Positions 1 to 9,617 of a DNA stretch of 64,000 nt are shown one piece after another. The position numbers and the translations under genes were made by a program. Under the pieces are notes generated by a model that saw nothing but the letters and a program-made list of their open reading frames with translations, was not told the origin of the DNA and ran no database searches. Source of the stretch: an uncultured Bacteroidales bacterium (lineage in GTDB: Bacteria; Bacteroidota; Bacteroidia; Bacteroidales; VadinHA17); the NCBI GenBank assembly GCA_963737255.1, contig CAVTSB010000003.1, positions 1,255 through 65,254 of the forward strand, read 5' to 3'. Within the stretch, counting starts at the first letter, position 1. Every line of letters begins with the position of its first letter.

Positions 1-354
1 TGGAAAGATAATTTATAAAATGAGCTATTTTCCCTGAAAGATTCAAGCAATTATTCAGTAAATCATTATAAATTTCTTCATTAAAATGCTTTGCATCAAA
101 TGATCTGTAGACCTGAGACCGGGTCTCACCGAGTGAACCTTTAGATATATACAGAAAATTAATAAATTCCTTCTTCCCGTCTCTTTCAAATCCCTCTGCA
201 ATATTATCCATAACTGAACCGCTGGACCTAGAATCTGATCTTTTAATGAAAAGTCCTTCCCTAACGACGTAGTTTCTGCAATTCTTCTGATCTTCTTACA
301 CAATTCTCTGGCTTGCTGCCATACCTCAAGATCTTCAAATCTTTTTATTGTCAT
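1..354 (-). pseudogene. four-helix-bundle protein (23S rRNA intervening-sequence protein family), frameshifted as assembled, 3' end off window
   Basis: The N-terminus [22 protein letters not shown] is typical of the family. After ...KDQIL the family-like sequence [41 protein letters not shown] continues in another frame. The slip is near 228-233, and that frame stays open to position 1. Confidence 0.75.
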
Positions 355-375
355 TTCACTTGCTCTTTATATAAT

Positions 376-430
376 ACTCTGAAACTCTGAAACTCTGAAA
401 CTCTGATACTCTGAAACTCTACACTCTGAT
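376..430. repeat. tandem octamer array (ACTCTGAA) about 6.9 copies
   Basis: Read directly as actctgaa x3, actctgat, actctgaa, actctaca, ctctgat. It fills the gap between the four-helix gene start and the export-gene stop. Confidence 0.95.
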
Positions 431-1199
431 TACTTAAGCACATTCCACATCAACACAAACGTTGTGATCGTACTAAGAATAACTGAATACGGAAAGGCAT
501 TCATCCGGAAAAACTTACCTTTCATCGGCCTGGCATAAATGACATCGTTTGGCATTACATAAAAAAATTCAGAGGCCATAATGCTCCTGTCAGTCAGAGT
601 GAACTCCTTAACTATGTTGCCATCAGGTGTCTGCCTGATCATCTGTATTTTCTGCCTGTTGCTGAATTCGTCAGATCACCTCCCATGGCAAGCGCCTGGA
701 ATATGTTCATCCGCTCTTTGTATATCGGGTATCTGCCCGGACGCTGAACTTCTCCAATAAGACTCACATAGTTATTAACCATCTTTACGGTTACTGCTGC
801 ATCAGCGACATAGCCTTTCAGTATCTTCTCCACTTCATCTGTGACCATGGCCAGGGTTTTTCCGGCTACCATTATCCTGCCGGCATATGGAAGCTGTATG
901 AAACCTTCACCATCCACCGGATAGCTTACCAGGTCGGCACTCTGTTCGGTAACACTGATACTGTATGTTGCAACAGGCATCGTATTAAACATTGCAGACA
1001 ATTGCGGATCGGGGGTCACTACCCTGATAAAGAGGTTATCGTATGGTTGCAGAAGGTAAGCAGGTTGTGCAATGGGCATAAAGACACTCCGGCTATCATC
1101 TGTCTGGAGGTAGGTTAACTTTCTGTTTGTAACACAGGAGGAAAAAACCACTAAAGAGAAAATTGTGATAAGGAAAGGGTTTAATTTCATGAATTTCAA
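430..1199 (-). CDS. polysaccharide export outer-membrane lipoprotein (Wza-like, Poly_export/SLBB), one frameshift as assembled
   Basis: ORFs 639..1199 and 430..642 join across a 1-nt slip near 665-672 (AMGGDLT / EFSNRQKIQMIRQTPDG). It has a lipoprotein signal (VVFSSC) and the motifs PYDNLFIRV and GEVQRPGRYP. Confidence 0.7.
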
Positions 1200-1202
1200 A
1201 TT

Positions 1203-1448
1203 AAGATAAAAGAAAAGTATAAGATAAAAGATAAAAGGGGCCGAGCGTTAAGAAATTGCCCGTGGAGGGCCGAGCGTTAATAAAACACCCTGTGGGAGAT
1301 TTTAGTGAGGAGCCAGATTGCAGGTGGAAGGTAAGATCAAGATAAAAGATAAAAGTCACAAGATAAAAGTAAGGAAGCTAAAGAATTTGCAGAGGATAAA
1401 AGTTGGCGAAGGATAAAAGTAGAGGTGGCAAAAGACAAAAGTACAGGG
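1203..1448. repeat. purine-rich degenerate GATAAAAG/GACAAAAG array (left arm)
   Basis: At least 9 octamer copies are read directly. There is also a 14-bp direct repeat GGGCCGAGCGTTAA x2 at about 1238-1280. Confidence 0.85.
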
Positions 1449-1453
1449 ATTAG

Positions 1454-1741
1454 TTACCTTGTTTTTTGAACGATTGATCCTAATATACTTTTAAGTTCTC
1501 CTGATTCTTTGATTAGAAAGTCAAGGTCCTTTCCATTAATCTCTTTGACAGTTCTTTTAATGATTCGGAGCCAATAATTTGATTCCCTCATTTCGCGAAG
1601 CGAAATCCGTACTTTATTTGAAAAATCAGCCTTAGATGAACCTCCTTGTGATTCTTCATAATTAGCCCCGGATGAACAAGCACTTTTGGATAACTGAGTC
1701 CGGATAGTCTTATTTTCAGGGGAATAAGGCAATGTTTTCAA
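1454..1741 (-). CDS. four-helix-bundle protein (23S rRNA IVS protein family), N-terminally truncated
   Basis: The stretch IRTQLSKSACSSGANYEESQGGSSKADFSNKVRISLREMRESNYWLRII matches the family core. The frame stays open upstream (ERLFEFAVAVIEF) but has no ATG, and the ORF-track start is a TTG. Confidence 0.7.
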   Translation of the reverse strand: MKTLPYSPENKTIRTQLSKSACSSGANYEESQGGSSKADFSNKVRISLREMRESNYWLRIIKRTVKEINGKDLDFLIKESGELKSILGSIVQKTR

Positions 1742-1837
1742 AAATTCAATTACTGCTACCGCAAACTCAAAGAGTCTTTCACAAAGGACAAAAGTGTAAG
1801 AACTAATAACTTATTCACCACAATTTTGAATTGCCCT

Positions 1838-2030
1838 TCTTTTTCACTTTTATCCCCGCCTAAGCGTGATTTCGGAGTTACACTCCTCAACTTTTTGCTT
1901 TTGTCCTTTGTCTTGTTTTTGTCTTGTTCATTCTTCCACTTTTATCTTTATACTTTTGTCTTTTATCTTGTTTTCGTCTTGTTCCTTCTTCCTCTTTTAT
2001 CTTTTCACTTTGTCTTTTGTCTTCCCTCCA
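1838..2030. repeat. pyrimidine-rich CTTTTATC/CTTTTGTC array (right arm, reverse complement of the left arm motif)
   Basis: Read directly. The reverse complement of 1991-2029 aligns with 1203-1240 at roughly 27 of 31 positions. Confidence 0.85.
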
Positions 2031-2639
2031 GGGCATGCTTCCGCCCCGTCAGTCACAACTGAATTTGGATGTAACTATCTATTATTGAAATGGATATGGC
2101 CCTCAGATTGCTCTTCAGGCCATCTTGTTTTAGTCGCTGTAAACAGGTTCAGGTAAAGGTCTCAGAAACTTATATTTCTATGATAAAAATATGTATTCCA
2201 AGTGCTAATGCCAAATTTTATTGGAATCGAAATAGCTTAGTATGGCATAATTTGATCTCATTTTGCTATTCGGAATTGTATTTTAACTATGAAAAGGGCT
2301 TATTTATCTATGAATTAGAAGCGTTTGTCAAAATCCCAAAATAATAAAAATTCAGATTTTCGCTAAAACGTAATAACAGGAAAGCATCCCATGATGCCAC
2401 CCGTTATTACCCAATGAAAGATAAAAAGGCATTGGTAATGTTGCTAACAGGACCCGCTTTGGCCATTTCAGGAGAAAAGGGTTGGAAGCCAGTTTTTTAT
2501 AGCCCGACCGGGAAAGCACGGCACGGCAAAATAGAAGAGGATTATCCGGAAGACTTTGTATGCAATATGCCGGAGATAATTTTTACATAAGGAAATGCGT
2601 TACTAATTTGGCGAATTATAAACATAATGGTATGTAAAC

Positions 2640-3650
2640 ATGAAAAGTAAGGCCAATATTGATTTTATTACTTTAATACTGGGAATAGTATTACTTTTCA
2701 TGAATAGTTGCAGAAAAGAAGAAAATAAAGCCCCTGATGGTCAAATTGTGAGCCCCGCAAATGGTACTGAATTTGAGCAGGAAGATATAGTTACAATTTC
2801 GGTTGTAGCTGAAGATATGGATGGGAGTATTGCAGTAGTACGCTTTTTTATAGATGATACCTATGTTGGTACATCAGAAACAAAGCCGTATACTTATAAA
2901 TGGGATACAACAGATAAAACAACAGGGAATCATATTATTAAGATAATTGCTGTGGATGATGAAGGAAGTACCACTTCCTGTGAAATTTCAATTGTTCTGA
3001 AAACAAGGAACATCGCGATAATTTTTAATCCTGACTTATCATATGGTTCCGTTACTGATATTGAAGGTAATATCTATAAAACCATTGATTATGAAAATCG
3101 GACATGGATGGCAGAAAATCTGAAGACAACCAAATACAATGATGGTACTCCAATCACCTGGGAATCTGGTTTTGCAGCCTGGATCAACAGAACTACTCCG
3201 GCTTATTGCTGGTATGAAAATAACGAAATAAAATACAAAGACATTTATGGCGCTTTATATAACTGGTTTACAGTAGATACTAAAAAGTTATGCCCGACAG
3301 GGTGGCATGTTCCAGACGATTCAGAATGGTATTATACAGCCTATTTCAATGTTGATGTATTAGGAGGCAGGCTTAAAGAAACGGGTACAAGACACTGGGC
3401 CCCTCCCGAATCATACGGTGATCCAATTGAGTTATCAACTAACGAAAGTGGTTTTACAGCTCTCCCAGGCGGCTGGCGGAATTATGATGGTTTTGTATCT
3501 ATTAAACTGGCTGGTAAGTGGTGGAGTTCCACATCTCACACCGAATCTTCAGCCGGGTATGTATCTCTTGATCATAATTATAGTTATTCTGAAGGTAATT
3601 TTACTGACTTTCAGATGGGATTGTCTGTACGTTGTATCAAAGATAATTGA
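2640..3650 (+). CDS. lipoprotein with Ig-like domain and Fibrobacter succinogenes major paralogous (FISUMP) domain
   Basis: It has a signal with Cys (LFMNSC). FISUMP hallmarks are present: WMAENLKTTKYNDGTPI, YGALYNW, CPTGWHVPDDSEW, NESGFTALPGG, WWSST and GLSVRCIKD. Confidence 0.8.
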   Translation: MKSKANIDFITLILGIVLLFMNSCRKEENKAPDGQIVSPANGTEFEQEDIVTISVVAEDMDGSIAVVRFFIDDTYVGTSETKPYTYKWDTTDKTTGNHIIKIIAVDDEGSTTSCEISIVLKTRNIAIIFNPDLSYGSVTDIEGNIYKTIDYENRTWMAENLKTTKYNDGTPITWESGFAAWINRTTPAYCWYENNEIKYKDIYGALYNWFTVDTKKLCPTGWHVPDDSEWYYTAYFNVDVLGGRLKETGTRHWAPPESYGDPIELSTNESGFTALPGGWRNYDGFVSIKLAGKWWSSTSHTESSAGYVSLDHNYSYSEGNFTDFQMGLSVRCIKDN

Positions 3651-3727
3651 CCTGATAAGAATCCATTAAACAGCCCTCAGAAATCGCCAACCCGGGGCAT
3701 CTTTATATAGAAAAGCTTACCTTATCC

Positions 3728-3746
3728 TCGTGATTCCGGCGCGATT
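3728..3746. repeat. 19-bp copy of the 3' end of tRNA-Arg (att-like direct repeat)
   Basis: TCGTGATTCCGGCGCGATT is identical to 25981-25999 and lies in the same orientation. Confidence 0.8.
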
Positions 3747-3917
3747 GTTCGCTGCGCTCACGAGCTCGCCGCTCCGCTCCTCGGTCCCTGGCAAGGGTTC
3801 CGTTTTTTATTTTTCTCTCCCTCCGAAGGAGTGTAAGTCTTAAATATAAATCTTCAGCCCGCCTTTCATCTGACCGGTTGGTTTCTCCGGTTATGAAATG
3901 TGAAATAGCCGCTACAT

Positions 3918-4286
3918 TTAGGTATTAATAAGGTCAGATATAGCCTGTACAAATTCTTTGTGAACTAATGGCTTCTGAAAAACCAGATCAGCTCCCAGGT
4001 ATTTTGCACTTGTGAGGTATCCTTCATAATTAAATCTTCCACCACCGGATATTGCTACGATCTTTAATCCCGGATTCTTTTTTCTCAGGTAGAATATCAG
4101 TTCAAGACCTTCTTTCTCAGGCATCACAATATCAGTTACCAGGAGATCCGGAAGACAGCATTCAATCATTTCCAAACCTTCATTCCCGTTGCTGGCAATA
4201 TTAACTTCGTGTCCGGCTTTTTCAAGCATCCTTTTAAGCATTGCCAGTATCGAAGGATCATCATCAATTACTAAAATTTTCGCCAT
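3918..4286 (-). CDS. single-domain response regulator (CheY-like receiver)
   Basis: MAKILVIDDDPSIL...DLLVTDIVMPEKEGLELI...KIVAISGGG follows the receiver pattern, including the phospho-acceptor Asp context. Confidence 0.85.
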   Translation of the reverse strand: MAKILVIDDDPSILAMLKRMLEKAGHEVNIASNGNEGLEMIECCLPDLLVTDIVMPEKEGLELIFYLRKKNPGLKIVAISGGGRFNYEGYLTSAKYLGADLVFQKPLVHKEFVQAISDLINT

Positions 4287-4298
4287 CGCTAAAGTTGA

Positions 4299-6308
4299 TT
4301 AGTTTTCATCCAGGACTTTTCTGATAACCTTGCTGAACTCGCTCAGTTTGATTGGTTTCAGAATTATTTCATAAGAACGGTTTTTTGACTTTGTCACATC
4401 AGATAATTTGTCGATGTATCCGGTTATTATAATGACTTTCAGATGGGGATTTATTTTCCTCATTTCTCCGGCAAGTTCTGTTCCGAGCATTTTGGGCATA
4501 GTCTGATCTGTTACGAGTAATGAATATTTCCCGGGATTTCTTTTAAACTCCTCAAATGCTTCACTGCTGTTGGTCCTGGTGGTGACTTTATATCCGAGGT
4601 TTTCCAGCATCTTTTTGCCCATAAAAGTTATGTCCAGTTCATCGTCGACAAACAGTATGTGTTCGACTCCACGTGGAAGCAGATCTGAAGAATTGATTTC
4701 ATTGACGGGACCTGAAATGTTGTATGGGAAATAAACAGTGAATAATGTACCTTTCCCCGGAGTGCTTTCCACAGTTATTGCCCCATTATAGTTGCTGACT
4801 ATACCGTGCACTACAGAAAGACCGAGTCCTGATCCTGAACCCACTTCTTTCCTGGTAAAGAATGGCTCAAAAATTCTTTCCTTTGTTCTTCTGTCCATTC
4901 CATGACCAGTATCTGATAGTCTTATTCTTACATAAATCCCTATCTTAAGATTGTTGATTTTCTTCGCTGTATTCTGATCAACCATTACACTATCAACCTT
5001 TATGTCAAGGATGCCTCCCATATTTTTCATAGCATGGATGGCATTTGTACATAAATTCATGATAATCTGGTGTATATGAACTGGATCTGCAAGAATTATC
5101 CCTATTCCCGAATCAATACTTTTCCTTATCTCAATTTCATGAGGGAGGGATGCCTTGATAAGGTTTATTACTTCGACTACAATCTGGTTTAGTTCCACAG
5201 GCTTCCTCTCCACGTTCACTTGCCGGCTGAATGTAAGGATTTGCTGGACCAGGTCTTTCCCTCTTAAAGCTGCATTATTTATCTGTTCCATATCGAAACG
5301 CAGAGTGCTTTCCTCAGGAAGTTCTTCCAGGGCCATATCTGTGTAACCCAGGATCGGCGTCAGGATATTGTTAAAGTCATGCGCTATACCCCCTGCCAGC
5401 GTTCCGATCGTCTCAATTTTTTTGAGCTGAAAAAGCTGAGTTTCCAGTTCGCTTCTCTCCTTTTCGGATCTTACGCGAACCTCTATCTCTTTCTTAAGTT
5501 TTAAATTGGTATTTGTCAGCTGTCGGGTCCTTTCAATTACTCTTTTTTCCAGGGTGCTGTTAATTGCTTTGACTTTGTCCTGTTCCAGTTCAAGGAGTTT
5601 TCTCATATAAAAATCCCTCCGTGCGGATAGTTCCTGGGAATACCCTATGAGCATTCCGATAATATTTGAACTGATAAAGAAAAAATTGTTATTGACCAGT
5701 ATCGTGAAAGGCGTGTCTGAGATCCATATAGCTGATATCTCGTAAGCAATTACAATCAGCCAGCCCGCTAACGATGCATAAATAAAGCGCGCTTTAGCAA
5801 ATGTATATCCAAAAATGAAGATCAGTATAAGGCCGGCATAATATGAATAGTTGGATACCCTGGCACCAAGAATTATCATTATTATAATTCCGGATCCGGT
5901 AATAAACATGATGCATGATATCAACAATTGCATATATCTCCTGAACGTTTTGAAATATGAAAAGGCAAATACTGATATGAAAACCGGAAATACAACAGCG
6001 AACCTTATCATCCAGAATATTTTTTTCAGTTCCGGTACCGTGGCGGCATCAAGAAGTGCAAACGCACCGTAAAAAATCATCGCCAGGATCAGAGAAAACC
6101 TGAACGGGTTCAAAGCCTTAAGGTAGTAGTCATTAATAAATTCAGATTCATAATTCGACAAGTATCCTGTAAATGAAAGGGTTAATTTGTTAAAAGTCAT
6201 TGATTCCGATCTTTCCGGGCTCAATCCCAGGAAATTAATCCGCATATTTTTGAAAATATTCATTATTTTCTGACTATCTATCTTATAGTAAACGTCAGGA
6301 GTGGGCAT
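4299..6308 (-). CDS. hybrid sensor histidine kinase/response regulator with multi-TM N-terminal sensor
   Basis: About 6-7 hydrophobic helices are followed by a coiled coil, an H-box (GGIAHDFNNILTPILGY), an HATPase region (DTGHGM, GSGLGLS) and a C-terminal receiver (ILFVDDE...LVTDQTMP). Confidence 0.85.
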   Translation of the reverse strand: MPTPDVYYKIDSQKIMNIFKNMRINFLGLSPERSESMTFNKLTLSFTGYLSNYESEFINDYYLKALNPFRFSLILAMIFYGAFALLDAATVPELKKIFWMIRFAVVFPVFISVFAFSYFKTFRRYMQLLISCIMFITGSGIIIMIILGARVSNYSYYAGLILIFIFGYTFAKARFIYASLAGWLIVIAYEISAIWISDTPFTILVNNNFFFISSNIIGMLIGYSQELSARRDFYMRKLLELEQDKVKAINSTLEKRVIERTRQLTNTNLKLKKEIEVRVRSEKERSELETQLFQLKKIETIGTLAGGIAHDFNNILTPILGYTDMALEELPEESTLRFDMEQINNAALRGKDLVQQILTFSRQVNVERKPVELNQIVVEVINLIKASLPHEIEIRKSIDSGIGIILADPVHIHQIIMNLCTNAIHAMKNMGGILDIKVDSVMVDQNTAKKINNLKIGIYVRIRLSDTGHGMDRRTKERIFEPFFTRKEVGSGSGLGLSVVHGIVSNYNGAITVESTPGKGTLFTVYFPYNISGPVNEINSSDLLPRGVEHILFVDDELDITFMGKKMLENLGYKVTTRTNSSEAFEEFKRNPGKYSLLVTDQTMPKMLGTELAGEMRKINPHLKVIIITGYIDKLSDVTKSKNRSYEIILKPIKLSEFSKVIRKVLDEN

Positions 6309-6505
6309 TAGATTTTATCAAATGCTTTTTAAAATTATGGGATAATAGCATTTTTAACTTTTTTATATGGTAATGATTTGAATTGAGTTGGATTTCTGTT
6401 TAGACAAAAGCAGTTATTCATGGATCAAGGCAAATATACCTTGCTCAACTTACAGATTTTTGCCTCAAAGAGTATTTGAGGAAGGTTTACAGGCAGGAAT
6501 GTAAT

Positions 6506-7405
6506 TCAATGAATTTTAAGGAAAAGATTTACGCCAAGGGCTTCGGCATCAATAGAAACTTTCCCGTTCAGGAGACCTGCCTCTCCCGCAATCCTTAGCA
6601 GATCCTCTCTGCTTCTGTAGTTAAGGTACCAGTCAGATACGAGCTCCATAAAGTTTTTTGATGGATTTTCAGTGCTGAAATTGCCAATTACAAACTCCCC
6701 TCCTTCAGCCATGTAATTGATGTATTTTTTGACCAGGTAAACAAAGTGCTTCTCCCTGAAATAATCAAATAATCCGGCACTCCAGATAAGGTCATACCTC
6801 TGATAAGGCTCAAACCTTAAAACATTGACCTTGTAATAGGAAATCAGTTTTTCAAATTTTTTGTTCTTATTTGAGGAATAGTCAATAGCATTCTGGTCAA
6901 AATCCACCAGGTCAAACCTTATATCGTTTCCGGTGTATATGTTTAGAAATTCATTTACATCTGTTGCCGGTCCGGAACCGAGTATCAGGACCTTTTTTTC
7001 GCCATGTTTTTTAAAAGCAAGATTTCTGCATTGATTAAGGAAATAATCTTTACGGTTCCTCACAGCCCTGGATCCGGCCTGATTCTGAAAACAAATATCC
7101 CAGTTACGGTATTTTTTATTTCCATTAACATGGTGTGAATAAATATGATCGATCAAATAAAAATCTCCCGGATACCCAAATGGCTTTATGTAACAACGGC
7201 CAACCAGACTATTGATGTTAAGTATTGGGTTTAGTACTTCCCTGAACTCACGCAGATATTTTGGATCCAAAGTATTGACAATGAAAGTAAATTCTTCATA
7301 ATCACGAAGTTCAGGACCGCCGTTTTTGACCAGATATGTAAGGAATAATTTCTTATTAATATCAAATGCACAATCAGCCCTGTAAGTTACGTTAAGCATT
7401 TTCAA
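6506..7405 (-). CDS. class I SAM-dependent methyltransferase (KPxGYxGD N-terminal motif type, PhcB-like by memory)
   Basis: Motif I is KKVLILGSGPATD and the post-motif is DLIWSAGLFDYF. Upstream of these lies IKPFGYPGDFYLIDHIY. Confidence 0.65.
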   Translation of the reverse strand: MKMLNVTYRADCAFDINKKLFLTYLVKNGGPELRDYEEFTFIVNTLDPKYLREFREVLNPILNINSLVGRCYIKPFGYPGDFYLIDHIYSHHVNGNKKYRNWDICFQNQAGSRAVRNRKDYFLNQCRNLAFKKHGEKKVLILGSGPATDVNEFLNIYTGNDIRFDLVDFDQNAIDYSSNKNKKFEKLISYYKVNVLRFEPYQRYDLIWSAGLFDYFREKHFVYLVKKYINYMAEGGEFVIGNFSTENPSKNFMELVSDWYLNYRSREDLLRIAGEAGLLNGKVSIDAEALGVNLFLKIH

Positions 7406-7824
7406 TTATCAGGTTTAAAACAAAAACACTTTTGATACCCTTTAGGTTAAGAATTTTCCCATCATTAGGCAAACATAATTATATTTTTAGTATTCAAGTG
7501 CTCAGACGCTAATTTTTCTTCCTGACTTTGAGTATTATACACCGGAAAATTATTTGAATAGGTTGAAAAGCTCAACCTGTTGATGCTTAAAGGAGGGTCA
7601 ATTCCCGTGAGCACCTGGTCGGGTTGTTAAAAATAAACTTGACTCGTATCATATTTGTATCGTAACTTTGTTAAAGTCAATGTAATTCCCAATTGAGGCA
7701 AGCCAATGGTAAAGCTCCTTGTATTGGTGAGTCAATTAAATCCTGATGGATTTCAAGATACCCTGAATCGAAGGGCAAAATCTCATTATCTTAAGTAAAT
7801 GAAGTACTTAAAACTAACAGCATC

Positions 7825-9546
7825 ATGAGTAATAAAAGTGAATTTCAGGTAGCAGGCCAAAATAAGTTGGCTTTGTTTACATTAAAACTTCATCGTGGTG
7901 AGGGGAAGACTCTCATTGCAATGAGTTGGAAGAAAGACAAACCACCGGATGATTTTGAAGGCTTTGCAATCGAATATCAGGAACCCGGTGGTAATAGATT
8001 CTATCCCTTGAAAAACCGACTCAGATTTGAAAGTCCGAAGAAAAAAGTCAGTGCGAACAGTTTTTCCACCAGGTTGGCACCTATTCAGAAATTTCGCTGG
8101 GTACATTTTCCTCGCAATGCTGATTTGCCTGGCGAATTCGTATATAGAATTACTCCCGTTTTCATGAATGAGTATGACGAACTGAGTTATGGTGAATATC
8201 AAGAGGCTGCAATTGTCCTGAAGCGTGAAACATATCCAGGGCAGCTTAATGTGGCATTTACAAGAGGCTTTGTCTCTTCACAGGCATTTGTTGATCGATT
8301 TGAATCCAGAGGTGCAATTTCTACGTTACTGCCCTCAATTGCAAATAGGGGTCTTACTTTTAAACCGACACACCCTGAGACAAAGGAAGCACTTGAGTGG
8401 ATGGGCTTTGAGGCAAGGAGCGAAATTCTGGAGCTGTTGGATAAAGCAATTTCAGATCCTGGAGCACAAGTTTATGTAGTGGCGTATGATCTAAATGAAC
8501 CGGAATTAGTTACGCGCCTCGAGCAACTCAAATCCAGGCTAAAAATAATAATTGATGATGATGGTCCACATGGAGCCCAGGGTTCAGCAGAAAATGAAGC
8601 AGAAAAACTGTTAAAGAAATCTGCCGGAGTGAATAATGTGAAAAGGCAACATATGGGGAAACTTCAGCATAATAAGACTATAGTAGTCGAAGGCACAAAT
8701 ATTAAGGCAGCCGTCTGTGGTTCAACAAATTTCAGTTGGCGCGGACTTTATGTTCAGTCGAATAATGCAGTCATAGTCTATGGCGAAGAGGCAATAAAAC
8801 CATTCCTGGAAGCTTTTGATAATTATTGGACAAATAACTCTCCAGGAGGGTTTGGCACCACTAACTCGGCAACCATTATTGATCTTGGACTAGATGGGAT
8901 TGATGCTAAAATATCTTTTTCGCCACACTCAGCAAACAATGCATTACTGTCAACTATAGCTGATGATATAGAAAAAAATACAACATCAAGCTTATTTTAT
9001 TCGATAGCTTTTCTCTATATGACACCAGGTTCAATTAAAGAAGCTATTAAAAATGTTTCTTCAAAAAATAATATATTCAGCTATGGGGTTTCGGATAAAA
9101 AAGTCGGAGGATTAGATGTTCATAAACCCAATGGGAATATTTCGCCATTATATCCTGCTGCATTAAGTAAAAATGTCCCGGAACCTTTTAAATCAGAACC
9201 AACTGGAGGAGGAGGTACACGGATGCATCATAAATTTATTGTTATTGATTTCGATCGACCTACCGCCCGTGTATATCTGGGTTCTTATAATTTCTCAAAA
9301 GCAGCCGACACCAGTAACGGAGAGAATCTCCTCCTGATCCGGGATCGGAAAATAGCAGTATCTTATATGATTGATCTTTTGTGCCTGATTGACCATTATC
9401 ATTTCAGAGTTACCCAGAACGAAACCAGGAAAGCTAAGAAGGAACTTAAATTAACCAAACCACCTCGTTCTGCTAATGACATCCCCTGGTGGTCAGAGTA
9501 CTATACTGATGATATTAAAATTCAAGACAGAATCCTTTTTTCATAA
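7825..9546 (+). CDS. phospholipase D-like protein with two HKD-type motifs
   Basis: The two motifs are LQHNKTIVVEG...GSTNFS and MHHKFIVIDFD...GSYNFS. The N-terminal roughly 140 aa form a beta-rich domain of unknown type. Confidence 0.8.
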   Translation: MSNKSEFQVAGQNKLALFTLKLHRGEGKTLIAMSWKKDKPPDDFEGFAIEYQEPGGNRFYPLKNRLRFESPKKKVSANSFSTRLAPIQKFRWVHFPRNADLPGEFVYRITPVFMNEYDELSYGEYQEAAIVLKRETYPGQLNVAFTRGFVSSQAFVDRFESRGAISTLLPSIANRGLTFKPTHPETKEALEWMGFEARSEILELLDKAISDPGAQVYVVAYDLNEPELVTRLEQLKSRLKIIIDDDGPHGAQGSAENEAEKLLKKSAGVNNVKRQHMGKLQHNKTIVVEGTNIKAAVCGSTNFSWRGLYVQSNNAVIVYGEEAIKPFLEAFDNYWTNNSPGGFGTTNSATIIDLGLDGIDAKISFSPHSANNALLSTIADDIEKNTTSSLFYSIAFLYMTPGSIKEAIKNVSSKNNIFSYGVSDKKVGGLDVHKPNGNISPLYPAALSKNVPEPFKSEPTGGGGTRMHHKFIVIDFDRPTARVYLGSYNFSKAADTSNGENLLLIRDRKIAVSYMIDLLCLIDHYHFRVTQNETRKAKKELKLTKPPRSANDIPWWSEYYTDDIKIQDRILFS

Positions 9547-9617
9547 TAGCCTCAACTGATTATCCTTAATTAAACTGTTAATTTCTTATGCAACTTTTAA
9601 TCAATATACTCTAAACC

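Noticed and set aside
1826-2344. ORFs 1826..2062, 1866..2156 and 2090..2344
   Set aside because: Their translations are low-complexity Phe/Leu/Ser/Cys strings produced by the pyrimidine-rich octamer array. They overlap one another in different frames and have no recognisable motifs.
2414-2590. 58-aa ORF MKDKKALVMLLTGPALAISGEKGWKPVFYSPTGKARHGKIEEDYPEDFVCNMPEIIFT
   Set aside because: I recognise no family and see no clear signal peptide or ribosome-binding context. It may be a gene fragment, and there is not enough support to call it.
7882-8202. Antisense or overlapping ORFs inside long genes (for example 7882..8202, 5155..5346, 37150..37497, 49055..49693, 50552..50983, 52248..52718)
   Set aside because: Each is fully contained in, or overlaps, a well-supported gene on the other strand or in another frame, and none has motifs.
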